From Acidimicrobiales bacterium (GTDB lineage: Bacteria; Actinomycetota; Acidimicrobiia; Acidimicrobiales; DASSOZ01): a DNA stretch of 64,000 bases. The position numbers and the translations under genes were made by a program. The notes under the pieces are model-generated. The model had not been told where the DNA came from. It searched no databases and worked only from the letters and a program-made list of their open reading frames with translations. Below, piece by piece: positions 51,094-59,434 of this stretch (its first letter is position 1; each line of letters starts with the position of its first letter). Location of the stretch: positions 13,605 through 77,604 of the forward strand of contig DASSOZ010000029.1 in assembly GCA_035700105.1 (NCBI GenBank), read 5' to 3'.

Positions 51094-52632
51094 CTAGCTC
51101 CCGTCGTCTTGGGGCGTGTACGGGAACCAGTCGGTCGGGTGGCAGTCGAGCGGCGTCCGTGTCACCCAGCCGCCGGCGGAGTCCTGCCACTGGTGCATCG
51201 CGTAGCAGTTCGTGCCCGGCTTCGAGTGGTCGATCGGCTTCCACGAGATGTTGCGGAAGAGACCGACCGCGGCGTACGGGTCCGGCCGCGCGTTCAGCCA
51301 GTCGACGAGACCCTTGCGCGTCGGGCCGGCGCCCATCGACGCGACGCCGTCGGTGAAGATCTTGCCGGCGGCCCACCCCTCCAGCGCCCACTGGTGCAGC
51401 CGGAAGCCGGGGTCGAACTTCTTCATCGCCGAACGGAACTCGGCGACGGCGGGGTCGCCGGTGTCGGTGTACGACTTCGACTCGGTGTCGACCCAGATCG
51501 AGTTGCGGCACGGCGCCGAGAAGTCCTTCAGCTTGTCGCCCATGCCCTGGATCGTCGACACGTTCGCCTTGACCGTGAACGCGTAGCGGTCCATCGCCTG
51601 GCACAGCTTCTGGAAGCCGGCGATGTCGATCGAGTTCCAGATGGCGTCGACGCCGCGGTTGCGCATCTGGATGACGTCGGTGTCGAACGTCGGCGCTGCA
51701 GGGTTCATCCCGGCCTCGCTGCCGCCGCCGTAGTAGGTGACGTCGATGCCGGCGCGCGTGGCGCCGTCCGCCATCATCAGCCCGGCGGTGCGCGAGATCG
51801 GGATGAAGTAGAAGAACACCGCCGCCTTCGAGACGCCGACCTTCTGCTTGTAATACGTGTAGAGGTTCGTCGCCCGGTAGAGCTTCCCGTTGTCGCCGAT
51901 GCTCTTGCCGTCGCGAGGCGTGTCGGCACCGATGATCGAGAAGAGGTGCGGATACTTGTAGTAGGCGTTGCCGATCGGCTGGCCGCCGACGTCGGGCACG
52001 CCCTTCGAGTCGACGTAGCGCGCTGACGCGTACGTGTCGGTCGAGTTGGCGACGAGGGCGAACACCTTCTGGTTCTCGACGAGATTCTGCGCGCAGGCGT
52101 TGTCGCGGTCGGACGATTCACGGTCGTCGCACGTCGAGAACCGGATCTTTCGACCGTTGACGCCACCGCGCTCGTTCAGCGCCTGGAAGTACGCCTGGGC
52201 GCCGTGGAGCATCCCGCTGAAGATGTCGGGTCCAAGCGGGCCGCCGACCGCGGTGATGTTCCCGACCTTGATCTCGCTCGCCGTCACCCCGACGTCGGAC
52301 GCGGTGTTGGCGCCGCCGCCGCCGCCGCCCCCGTTCGCATCCTCCAACACACTCGCGTTTCCGGGCCCGTTCGCGGCCGCAGAACGCGAGTCTGTTGGAG
52401 AATGCGCGTCGGGCGCGGGCCCGGTGGCTGTCTCGCCGCCGGAGCCGCCGTCGTCGTTCGTGCCGTCGGCGCCTGGCGCGCCGGCGCCGGCGCGGCGGCC
52501 GGAGGCGTCGGCACCGGTGCCGGAGCCGGACGCGGTGAACGCGTCGTCGGGCAGGCGCGTCCCGCAGCCGGCCACCACGGCGGCGACGAGGACGAGCGTG
52601 AGGAAGAGGAGCGTTGTGCGAGCGCGCAGCAT
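51094..52632 (-). CDS. LIV-type (periplasmic-binding-protein type 1) ABC substrate-binding lipoprotein, paralog 2
   Basis: Lipobox LVLVAAVVAGCG, then a ~100-aa G/A/D-rich linker and a PBP1 body (IKVGNITAVGGPLGPDIFSG...). Tandem paralog of 52707..54272. Confidence 0.85.
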   Translation of the reverse strand: MLRARTTLLFLTLVLVAAVVAGCGTRLPDDAFTASGSGTGADASGRRAGAGAPGADGTNDDGGSGGETATGPAPDAHSPTDSRSAAANGPGNASVLEDANGGGGGGGANTASDVGVTASEIKVGNITAVGGPLGPDIFSGMLHGAQAYFQALNERGGVNGRKIRFSTCDDRESSDRDNACAQNLVENQKVFALVANSTDTYASARYVDSKGVPDVGGQPIGNAYYKYPHLFSIIGADTPRDGKSIGDNGKLYRATNLYTYYKQKVGVSKAAVFFYFIPISRTAGLMMADGATRAGIDVTYYGGGSEAGMNPAAPTFDTDVIQMRNRGVDAIWNSIDIAGFQKLCQAMDRYAFTVKANVSTIQGMGDKLKDFSAPCRNSIWVDTESKSYTDTGDPAVAEFRSAMKKFDPGFRLHQWALEGWAAGKIFTDGVASMGAGPTRKGLVDWLNARPDPYAAVGLFRNISWKPIDHSKPGTNCYAMHQWQDSAGGWVTRTPLDCHPTDWFPYTPQDDGS

Positions 52633-52650
52633 CGAGGGGGGCGAACGTGG

Positions 52651-52668
52651 AATGACGTGCGTGTCAGG
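52651..52668. promoter_or_regulatory. 18-bp palindrome AATGAC-GTGCGT-GTCAGG (left arm degenerate)
   Basis: Lies 18 nt upstream of ATG 52632 of SBP paralog 2. Confidence 0.5.
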
Positions 52669-52706
52669 TTTCGCCGCCGCCCCGCCCCGCCCCTGCTGCC
52701 TCGGGG

Positions 52707-54272
52707 CTACGAACCGTCGTCGGTGGGGGTGTACGGGTAGTACGGCATGTCGCCGCACTGCTTCGCCCGCGTCACGAACGTCCCGGCCGAGTCCTGCCAC
52801 TGGTGCAGGTCGAAGCAGTCGCTGTGCGGCTTCGAGTGGTCGAGCGGCTGCCACGAGACCGGGTCGTCCATCAGTCCGGCGATCGTGTAGTCCGCGTCGT
52901 CGCCGATCGAGTTGAGCCAGTCGACGAGGCCCTTGCGCGTCGGCGACGCGCCCATCTTCGCCACACCCTCGGTGAACAGCTTCCCGGCCGCCCACCCCTC
53001 GAGCGCCCACTGGTGGAGCCGGAAGCCCGGGTCGAACTTCTTCATCGCCGCCCGGAACTCGGCGACCGGCGCGCTCGTGGTCTCGGCGTACGACTTCGAG
53101 TCGGTCTGGGCCCACACGTCGTTGCGGCACGGCGCGCTGAAGTCCTGCCCGACCTTCTGGCTCATGCCCTGGATCGTGGAGACGTTGGCCTTCACGCGGA
53201 AGCTGTAGCGGTCCATCGCCTGGCACAGCTTCTGGAAGCCGGCGATGTCGATCGCGTTCCAGATGCCCTGCACGCCCCTGTTGCGCATCTGGATGACGTC
53301 GGTGTCGAACGTCGGCGCCGCCGGGTTCATGCCGGCGTCGCTGCCGCCGCCGTAGTAGACGGGCTCGATGCCCTGCTGGCGCAGGCCGTCGGCGATGAAC
53401 ATGCCCGCGGTGCGCGAGATCGGGATGAAGTAGAAGAAGACGGCGGCCTTGTCGATCTTCACCTGCTGCTTGAAGTACCGGTACGCGCCGCCCTGCGCGT
53501 AGAGCTTGCCCTTGTCGCCGACGCTCTTGCCGTCGCGCGGCGTGTCGACGCCGAGGATCGAGAACAGGTGGGGGTACTTGTAGTAGGCGTTGCCGATCGG
53601 CTGGCCGCCGATGTCGGGCACGCCCTTCGAGTCGATGTACTTCCCGGCGGCGAACGTGTCCGTCGACCCGGCGACGAGGGCGAACACCTTCTGGTTCTCG
53701 ACGAGGTTCTGCGCGCAGGCGAGGTCGCGGTCGGACGACTCGCGGTCGTCGCACGTCGAGAACTTCACCTTGCGGCCGTTGACGCCGCCTCGCTCGTTGA
53801 GCGCCTGGAAGAACGCCTGGGCGCCATGGAGCATCCCGCTGAACGCCTCTGGGCCGATGGGGCCGCCGACCGCGGTGATGTTGCCGACCTTGATCTCGCT
53901 CGCCGTCACGCCGACGTCCGACGCCGTGTTCGTCGCGCTCGCACCGGTCCGCGTCGGTTCGCCGGCGCCGGCACCACCACCGTCCCCACCCGCACCGCCG
54001 TTCTCCGACGCAGTCGGAGTCTGCGCCCCGTTCTGGGCCCCGGGATCCGATCCTGTTGGAGCACCCGGGGACGCGGTGCTCGTGTCGAGGGCGTCGTCGC
54101 CGGCGGCCTGATCGCCGCCCGAGGCAGCTGCGGTGCGACCACCCGGGCGAACCTCGCCCCCCGTGCCGGCGGCGGTCTGGAAGGCCTCGTCGGGCAGCCG
54201 CGTCCCGCACGACGCCGCGAGCAAGCCCACCGCCGCCATGACGACCCAGACCGGTCGGACGCGTCGACGCAC
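52707..54272 (-). CDS. LIV-type (PBP type 1) ABC substrate-binding lipoprotein, paralog 1
   Basis: GTG start with a G6 SD. Lipobox LLAASCG and a long low-complexity linker. The body is collinear with paralog 2, and the C-termini match (PYYPYTPTDDGS versus WFPYTPQDDGS). Confidence 0.85.
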   Translation of the reverse strand: MRRRVRPVWVVMAAVGLLAASCGTRLPDEAFQTAAGTGGEVRPGGRTAAASGGDQAAGDDALDTSTASPGAPTGSDPGAQNGAQTPTASENGGAGGDGGGAGAGEPTRTGASATNTASDVGVTASEIKVGNITAVGGPIGPEAFSGMLHGAQAFFQALNERGGVNGRKVKFSTCDDRESSDRDLACAQNLVENQKVFALVAGSTDTFAAGKYIDSKGVPDIGGQPIGNAYYKYPHLFSILGVDTPRDGKSVGDKGKLYAQGGAYRYFKQQVKIDKAAVFFYFIPISRTAGMFIADGLRQQGIEPVYYGGGSDAGMNPAAPTFDTDVIQMRNRGVQGIWNAIDIAGFQKLCQAMDRYSFRVKANVSTIQGMSQKVGQDFSAPCRNDVWAQTDSKSYAETTSAPVAEFRAAMKKFDPGFRLHQWALEGWAAGKLFTEGVAKMGASPTRKGLVDWLNSIGDDADYTIAGLMDDPVSWQPLDHSKPHSDCFDLHQWQDSAGTFVTRAKQCGDMPYYPYTPTDDGS

Positions 54273-54289
54273 GGAACCCCCCAGTAAGT

Positions 54290-54307
54290 CCTGACGTCCG
54301 TGTCAGG
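54290..54307. promoter_or_regulatory. 18-bp palindrome CCTGAC-GTCCGT-GTCAGG (operator candidate)
   Basis: Perfect arms. Lies 17 nt upstream of GTG 54272. The right arm contains the stop codon of the upstream MFS gene. Confidence 0.6.
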
Positions 54308-55664
54308 GTTCGACCAGCGCCTCCGCCTGACCTGCCCGGACGCGGCGGGACTCGGCGACGACGAACGCGACGTCGGCGGGGTAGTGGCGGGCGGCGCCGA
54401 GCATGATCACGCCGCCGACGGCGTACACCGGCGTCATCGCCACGAGCGCCCCGCGCAGCCCCATCGCGTCCGCGAGCAGCCCGACGACGAGGGGTCCGAC
54501 CGCCGACAGCGCACGGACCGTCGAGCGCACCGTCGCCGCCCGCCCGCGGAGCTCGGCGACGACGACGTCGGAGACGAGCGCCTCGGCCGGCGCGACCGGG
54601 AGCGTCAAAAGGATGCCGCCGACGAGCAGCAGGGGCGCGGTCACCCAGAGGACCGTCGACGCGAACGCGGGCGCGAGGACGAGCGTCGCCGCGATCGACC
54701 CGTAGGCGACGACGTGGACGCGCGCGTTCACCCTCCCGCGGGCGAGGAGGCGGTCGGCGAGGAAGCCCCCGGCCAGGATGCCGACGACGGCGCCGAGGCC
54801 GAACAGCGCGGTGACCGCGCCGGCGGCGGCGGCGCCGAGGTGGTGGACGCGCTTGAAGTACTCGACGCCCCAGAACTGCAGCGCGTTCAGCAGGAGCTGC
54901 GACACGGTGAGGGCCAGTACGCCGAACCACATGCTGGGGATGCGCAGCAGCTCCCGCCCGACCTCGCGGGTCGTGCAGTTCGAGTAGTCGAGCGTGCCCT
55001 CGCGCCGCGGGGCCGGCAGCACGAGCGGCATCGTCGCCAGGTCGACGGTGTCGACGGGCGCGCCGAGCTCGTCGTGGAACGCAGCGTCCTGGTCGCCGCG
55101 GACCGGCTCGGGCTGGCGGGCGAGGTAGAGCGCGCCGGCGACGCCGAACGGGATCCACATGGCGAACGCCCACCGCCACCCACCCACGCCCACGGCGATG
55201 CCGCCGACGACGAGTCCGACGATCGCGCCGACGAGCGCGCCCGACTGGTACAGGCCCATGACCCGGGCGCGGTCGCGCACCGGGTAGTAGTCGCTCAGCA
55301 GCGAAACGGCGGCGGGCCCGTTGGCTTCGACGGCGCCGACGCCGATGCGCCCGACGAACAGCAGCGCGTACGTGCCGGCGAGCGCGTTGGCGCCCATGCA
55401 CACGGTCCACAGGACGACAGCGCCGGCGAGCAGGAGGGTGCGACGAGCGCGGTCGGCGAGGATGCCGATCGGGAACGCGCCCAGCACACCGACGATCGCC
55501 ATCGCGAACGGCAGGAAGCCGAGCGCGGCGTCGGTGACGTGGAAGTCGTGTTGGATCCCGTGCACGGCCTGCGACAGCGACTGGCGCTCGCCGCTCTCGA
55601 GGGCGGTCGTGACGGCGACGGCGACGAGCGGCGCCCACCCGTAGCGGCGCACCCCCGTGCCCAT
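54303..55664 (-). CDS. MFS transporter
   Basis: 453 aa with ~12 predicted hydrophobic segments. The loop motif ILADRARRT sits between TM2 and TM3 (MFS signature-like). Confidence 0.85.
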   Translation of the reverse strand: MGTGVRRYGWAPLVAVAVTTALESGERQSLSQAVHGIQHDFHVTDAALGFLPFAMAIVGVLGAFPIGILADRARRTLLLAGAVVLWTVCMGANALAGTYALLFVGRIGVGAVEANGPAAVSLLSDYYPVRDRARVMGLYQSGALVGAIVGLVVGGIAVGVGGWRWAFAMWIPFGVAGALYLARQPEPVRGDQDAAFHDELGAPVDTVDLATMPLVLPAPRREGTLDYSNCTTREVGRELLRIPSMWFGVLALTVSQLLLNALQFWGVEYFKRVHHLGAAAAGAVTALFGLGAVVGILAGGFLADRLLARGRVNARVHVVAYGSIAATLVLAPAFASTVLWVTAPLLLVGGILLTLPVAPAEALVSDVVVAELRGRAATVRSTVRALSAVGPLVVGLLADAMGLRGALVAMTPVYAVGGVIMLGAARHYPADVAFVVAESRRVRAGQAEALVEP

Positions 55665-55702
55665 GACGCGTGACGTTCGACGCCGGGGCGCGGCGCGCCT
55701 CC

Positions 55703-55720
55703 CCCGTGGTTCGCCACGGG
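55703..55720. promoter_or_regulatory. palindrome CCCGTGG-TTCG-CCACGGG in a divergent promoter region
   Basis: 7-bp perfect arms, in the 75-bp gap between the MFS start (55664) and the YfhO-like start (55740). Confidence 0.3.
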
Positions 55721-55739
55721 AGCCGGCGCTCGGACACAG

Positions 55740-58127
55740 TTGGCATCTCCTATGCGCGACCGGGTGCGCGGCCTGGCCGCCGACGTCGGGGTGGCGGCGA
55801 TCCTCGCCGCGGTGACCGTCGTGCTGCTCTGGGACTCGCTACGTCCGGGGCGGACGTTGGTGCCCGCCGACGTGCTCACCGCGGTGACGCCGTACCGGTT
55901 GCTGTCGGGTGGCTCCCACCCCCAGAACGCGGTGGTGTCCGACGCCGCGATCCAGTTCTTCCCGTGGTTGCACTGGCTCGGGTCGGCGCTGCGGTCCGGC
56001 GGTGGCGCCGGTCCCTTCGGTCTGCCGGGCTGGAACCCGCTCCTTCTGGGCGGGCTGCCGGCGAACCCGAACGGTTTCGTGAGCGTGTGGTACCCGGCCT
56101 TCTGGCTCGTCCGGTTCCTCGACCCGTTCGACGCGTACGGTGTCTTCGTCGCGCTCCACCTGTGGTGGGCGGCACTCGGGATGTACGTGCTGTGCCGGTG
56201 TGTCGGCGTGCGGCGCCGCTCGTGCGCGCTCGTCGTCGCGGCGTCGACGCTGCTCGCGGGGACGTGGCTGCACTGGTCGCTGCACCTCGTGCACCTCGTC
56301 GGCATGGTGTGGCTGCCGTGGGCGCTCGTGTGCGTCGAGCGACTCGTGGTGCGGCCTCGCCTGTCGCGCGTCGTGCCGCTGGCCATCGTCATCGGACTGT
56401 GGTGGCTGGGGGGCAACCCGCAGTACGCGTACTTCGGGATGCTCGCGACGGGTGCGTGTGCGCTCGGACGGATGGTGCAGCTCCGCTCGTTCGTCCGCCC
56501 GGCGCTGGCGTCGGCCGGTGCGCTGGCGATCGGCGCGTTGCTCGCCGCGCCCGTGCTCGTGCCGTCGTGGCGGATCGGCTCGTCGATCCTGCGCGTCCAC
56601 GAACCGGTGTCGTCGACCGCGTCGAACGTGGAGACGCCGGACCACCTCGTGCGCCTCGTGGTGCCCGACGCGCGCGGCAACTACGCCGACGACACGCTGT
56701 TCCGCACGAACACCGAGTACCAGATGGACTCACCCTTCGTCGGTGTCGCCGTGCTGGTGCTGGTCGGCGCGGGAGTCGCCGCCCGTCGACGGGACCGGTC
56801 GCGGGCTACGGAGCCGGCGCCGTGGCTGCTGGCCGGCATCGGCGTGGCGGTGGTCCTCCTGTCGGTGTGGGGGTTGCCGCACCACGCGCTGCACGCGCTG
56901 CTGCCCGGCTACGACCGTTTCCGGGTGGGGGCGCGCTGGCTGTCCGTGCTACCGGTGTGCGCGCTGCCGCTTGCCGCGCTCGGGCTCGATGCGCTCGTCG
57001 ATGGCGACCGCCGCGCCCGGTGGGGCGCGCTCGGCGTCGCCGCGGCGGCCGGCGCCGTCGTCCTCGCGTGGTGGATCTGGCAGTCGTCGGTGCGGGGCGC
57101 GCCCCACGACTACTTCGGTGTGCGTGCCGCAGTTGCCGGCGCGTTGCTCGTCGCGTCCGCAGCGGCTGCGTGGCTGGCGATGCGGCGGCCGCGCATCGCC
57201 GTTGCCGTGGTCGCCGCTTGCGTCGCGTTCGAGCTCGCGTTCCACGTGCCGCGGTGGTACCCGAGCGTGGTCGAGCGGTCGGCGTATCCGTCGGTGTCGG
57301 TGTCGCGGCTGGCGTCGGCGCGTGACGGTCGGGTGCTGCGGGCGGGTCGGGGGAAGTCGCTCGTCTCCACGTTCACCGCCGACGTCCCGATGGCGTACGG
57401 CATCGCCGACGCGCAGGGCCAGACCGTGCTCTTCCCGCGTGACTACGACCGGTACCTGCGGTCGATCGACGACTACGGCGACTGGGCGGCGGCGACGAAC
57501 GTGGCCCCTGACGTCCTGCGTCCCGCCCGGTTGACGTCGCCGCTCCTCGACCTGCTCGACGTGCGGACCATCGTGGCCGAGAGCAACGTGCGCGGGATCC
57601 CGCCGTCGCTGCCGGTCCTGGACGCGACGGGCGAGCCGCGGGTGTACGCGAACCCGGGCGCGGTCGCCGCGGTCGTCGTCCGCCGGGCGGTGCCGTCGAC
57701 GGTGCCGGCGATGTGGTCGTCGCTGGCCCAGCTGCGCGACGTGTCCTCGGTCGCGCACGTCGTCGGTCTGACCCGGGTGGTCGACGGTCGTGGGGGGACG
57801 GTGTCGGGTGGTTCCGACGGCGTCGACCACGAGCGCTGGACCGTCGACGCCCCCGCCGGCGGGGTGCTACGGGTGAGCGGCCGGTGGGCGGACGGGTGGA
57901 CCGCGCGCGTCGACGGGCGGCGCGCGCCCGTGTACCGCGCCGACGGCATCTTCCGTGCGGTCGTGGTGCCGGCGGGCCGTCACACGGTGACCTTCACGTA
58001 CACGAACCCGGACGAGCGCACCGGTGTCCGTCTCGCCGCATTCGGGCTGCTCGTGCTCGTCGCGCTCTTGTTCGCCGACCGCGTACGGCGCGACAGTCGC
58101 CCCGATGAGGACGAACGGGGAGGCTGA
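55740..58127 (+). CDS. large polytopic membrane protein, YfhO-like (putative glycosyl/lipid-linked transferase)
   Basis: 795 aa. The N-terminal two-thirds carry many TM helices, the large C-terminal domain is exported, and there is a final TM segment. TTG 55740 or ATG 55752 could be the start. Confidence 0.6.
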   Translation: MASPMRDRVRGLAADVGVAAILAAVTVVLLWDSLRPGRTLVPADVLTAVTPYRLLSGGSHPQNAVVSDAAIQFFPWLHWLGSALRSGGGAGPFGLPGWNPLLLGGLPANPNGFVSVWYPAFWLVRFLDPFDAYGVFVALHLWWAALGMYVLCRCVGVRRRSCALVVAASTLLAGTWLHWSLHLVHLVGMVWLPWALVCVERLVVRPRLSRVVPLAIVIGLWWLGGNPQYAYFGMLATGACALGRMVQLRSFVRPALASAGALAIGALLAAPVLVPSWRIGSSILRVHEPVSSTASNVETPDHLVRLVVPDARGNYADDTLFRTNTEYQMDSPFVGVAVLVLVGAGVAARRRDRSRATEPAPWLLAGIGVAVVLLSVWGLPHHALHALLPGYDRFRVGARWLSVLPVCALPLAALGLDALVDGDRRARWGALGVAAAAGAVVLAWWIWQSSVRGAPHDYFGVRAAVAGALLVASAAAAWLAMRRPRIAVAVVAACVAFELAFHVPRWYPSVVERSAYPSVSVSRLASARDGRVLRAGRGKSLVSTFTADVPMAYGIADAQGQTVLFPRDYDRYLRSIDDYGDWAAATNVAPDVLRPARLTSPLLDLLDVRTIVAESNVRGIPPSLPVLDATGEPRVYANPGAVAAVVVRRAVPSTVPAMWSSLAQLRDVSSVAHVVGLTRVVDGRGGTVSGGSDGVDHERWTVDAPAGGVLRVSGRWADGWTARVDGRRAPVYRADGIFRAVVVPAGRHTVTFTYTNPDERTGVRLAAFGLLVLVALLFADRVRRDSRPDEDERGG

Positions 58128-58998
58128 CGGGCAGGTCACCGCGTTCGTGCTCGGGGGTGGCGGGAACCTCGGCGCCGTCCAGCTCGGCATGCTGCGTGCC
58201 GCGCTCGAGCACGACCTCGTGCCGGACGTCGTCGTCGGGTGCTCCGTCGGTGCGATCAACGGCGCCGCGCTGGCCGGTGACCCCACCGTGGAGGGTGTCG
58301 AGCGGATGGCCGCGATGTGGCTGGCGCTCGACGACGACTCGCTGTTCCCGTCCGGGCGGTTGTCGCAGATGCGACTGCTGTCGCGGCGGTCGACGGGCAT
58401 CGCCTCGTCCGCCGGGTTGCGCTCCGTGATCGAGCGGGGTCTCGCGTACCGGCGGTTCGAGGACTCGAAGGTGCCACTGCACGTCGTCGCCACGTCGCTC
58501 GCGACGGGGCGTGAGGTGTGGTTCTCGCGCGGCCCACTGATCGAGCCGGTGCTGGCGTCGGCGGCGCTGCCGGCGGTGCTCCCGCCCGTGAACATCGGCG
58601 GTGAGTGGCTCATCGACGGCGGGGTCGTCGACAACGTCCCGGTCTGGCGCGCGATCGACCTCGGTGCGACGCGCGTCGTCGTGTTCCACGTAGGGAACTT
58701 CGACAAGCCGAGGCCGATGCCGCGCCGGCCTCTCGACGTGCTGCTGCAGTCGTTCTCGATCGCCCGTAACCACCGCTTCGTGCGCGACCTCGACATCGTC
58801 CCGCCGCACGTCGAGCTCACCGTTCTGCCGGGCGTCGACCCCGGGTCGCTGCGCTACAACGACTTCCACCGCTCCGCCGAGCTCATCGAGCGGGGCTACG
58901 AGTCGTCGTCCGCCGCGCTCGACGAGCTGGCAATCACGGCGGCGAGCCGTGCTGACGCCAGTACGGCCGATCTGGGCGCCGCTTCTCGACGAGGATGA
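58105..58998 (+). CDS. patatin-like phospholipase
   Basis: Oxyanion FVLGGGGNLG, nucleophile GCSVG (GxSxG) and catalytic Asp in DGGVVDNVP. ATG 58105 overlaps the YfhO-like 3' end by 23 nt. Confidence 0.85.
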   Translation: MRTNGEADGQVTAFVLGGGGNLGAVQLGMLRAALEHDLVPDVVVGCSVGAINGAALAGDPTVEGVERMAAMWLALDDDSLFPSGRLSQMRLLSRRSTGIASSAGLRSVIERGLAYRRFEDSKVPLHVVATSLATGREVWFSRGPLIEPVLASAALPAVLPPVNIGGEWLIDGGVVDNVPVWRAIDLGATRVVVFHVGNFDKPRPMPRRPLDVLLQSFSIARNHRFVRDLDIVPPHVELTVLPGVDPGSLRYNDFHRSAELIERGYESSSAALDELAITAASRADASTADLGAASRRG

Positions 58999-59434
58999 CG
59001 ACGTTGCCCCACGGGTCGGCGAGCCACGTGGTGCGCACGCCGGCGACGTCGGCGACATCGCTCGTCAGGAAGGTCACGCCTGCGGCTCGGAGCCGATCGC
59101 GCGTCGCGACGATGTCGTCGCACGTCAGACCGAGGTGACTCAACCCGGGCTCGACCACCGGGCGGGGGACCGGCGCACCTTCGTCGCCACGTTCGACATT
59201 CGGGTACTCGAGGAGCTCGAGCACGTGGTCGTCGTCGCCGACGCCGACGATCGCCGCCTTCACGACCACGGGTGACGGCACGAGCTCGCCCATGTCCCGT
59301 TCGATCGCGTTGCCGGCCATGCGGTACGGCGGCGACAGGAGACGCAGGCCGAGCACCTCGGTGTACCAGCGCACCGCGGCATCGACGTCCTCGACGCACA
59401 CCCCGGTGTGCGCGACGCCGGTGATCTCGCTCAC
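58934..59434 (-). CDS. VOC / glyoxalase-family protein
   Basis: 166 aa from GTG 59434, with a GTGA overlap on the upstream stop. Contains ITGVAHTGVCVEDVDAAVRWYTEVLG and GLSHLGLTCDD. Confidence 0.8.
   Translation of the reverse strand: MSEITGVAHTGVCVEDVDAAVRWYTEVLGLRLLSPPYRMAGNAIERDMGELVPSPVVVKAAIVGVGDDDHVLELLEYPNVERGDEGAPVPRPVVEPGLSHLGLTCDDIVATRDRLRAAGVTFLTSDVADVAGVRTTWLADPWGNVVILVEKRRPDRPYWRQHGSPP

Noticed and set aside
51094-55746. 1550-aa ORF suggesting a giant protein
   Set aside because: Only the C-terminal 512 aa (from ATG 52632) look like a protein, namely the SBP lipoprotein. The upstream 1000+ aa are Arg/Pro-rich nonsense running out of frame or antisense across the second SBP and the MFS gene. 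The same kind of artefactual 5' extension applies to 3644..6640, 8447..11311, 7585..8964, 31822..33252 and 43067..45622.
58116-58133. GCTGAC-GGGCAG-GTCACC, a near-match to the 18-bp palindrome
   Set aside because: It lies inside coding sequence (patatin N-terminus and YfhO-like C-terminus), has a degenerate right arm, and lacks the R-Y spacer edge on the right side. I did not count it among the 11 sites.
58105-58998. Patatin-like phospholipase as a CBASS (CapV-like) effector
   Set aside because: There is no CD-NTase or other cyclase next to it, and no accessory Cap genes. It overlaps a YfhO-like membrane-protein gene, so a housekeeping lipid-remodelling role is more plausible.
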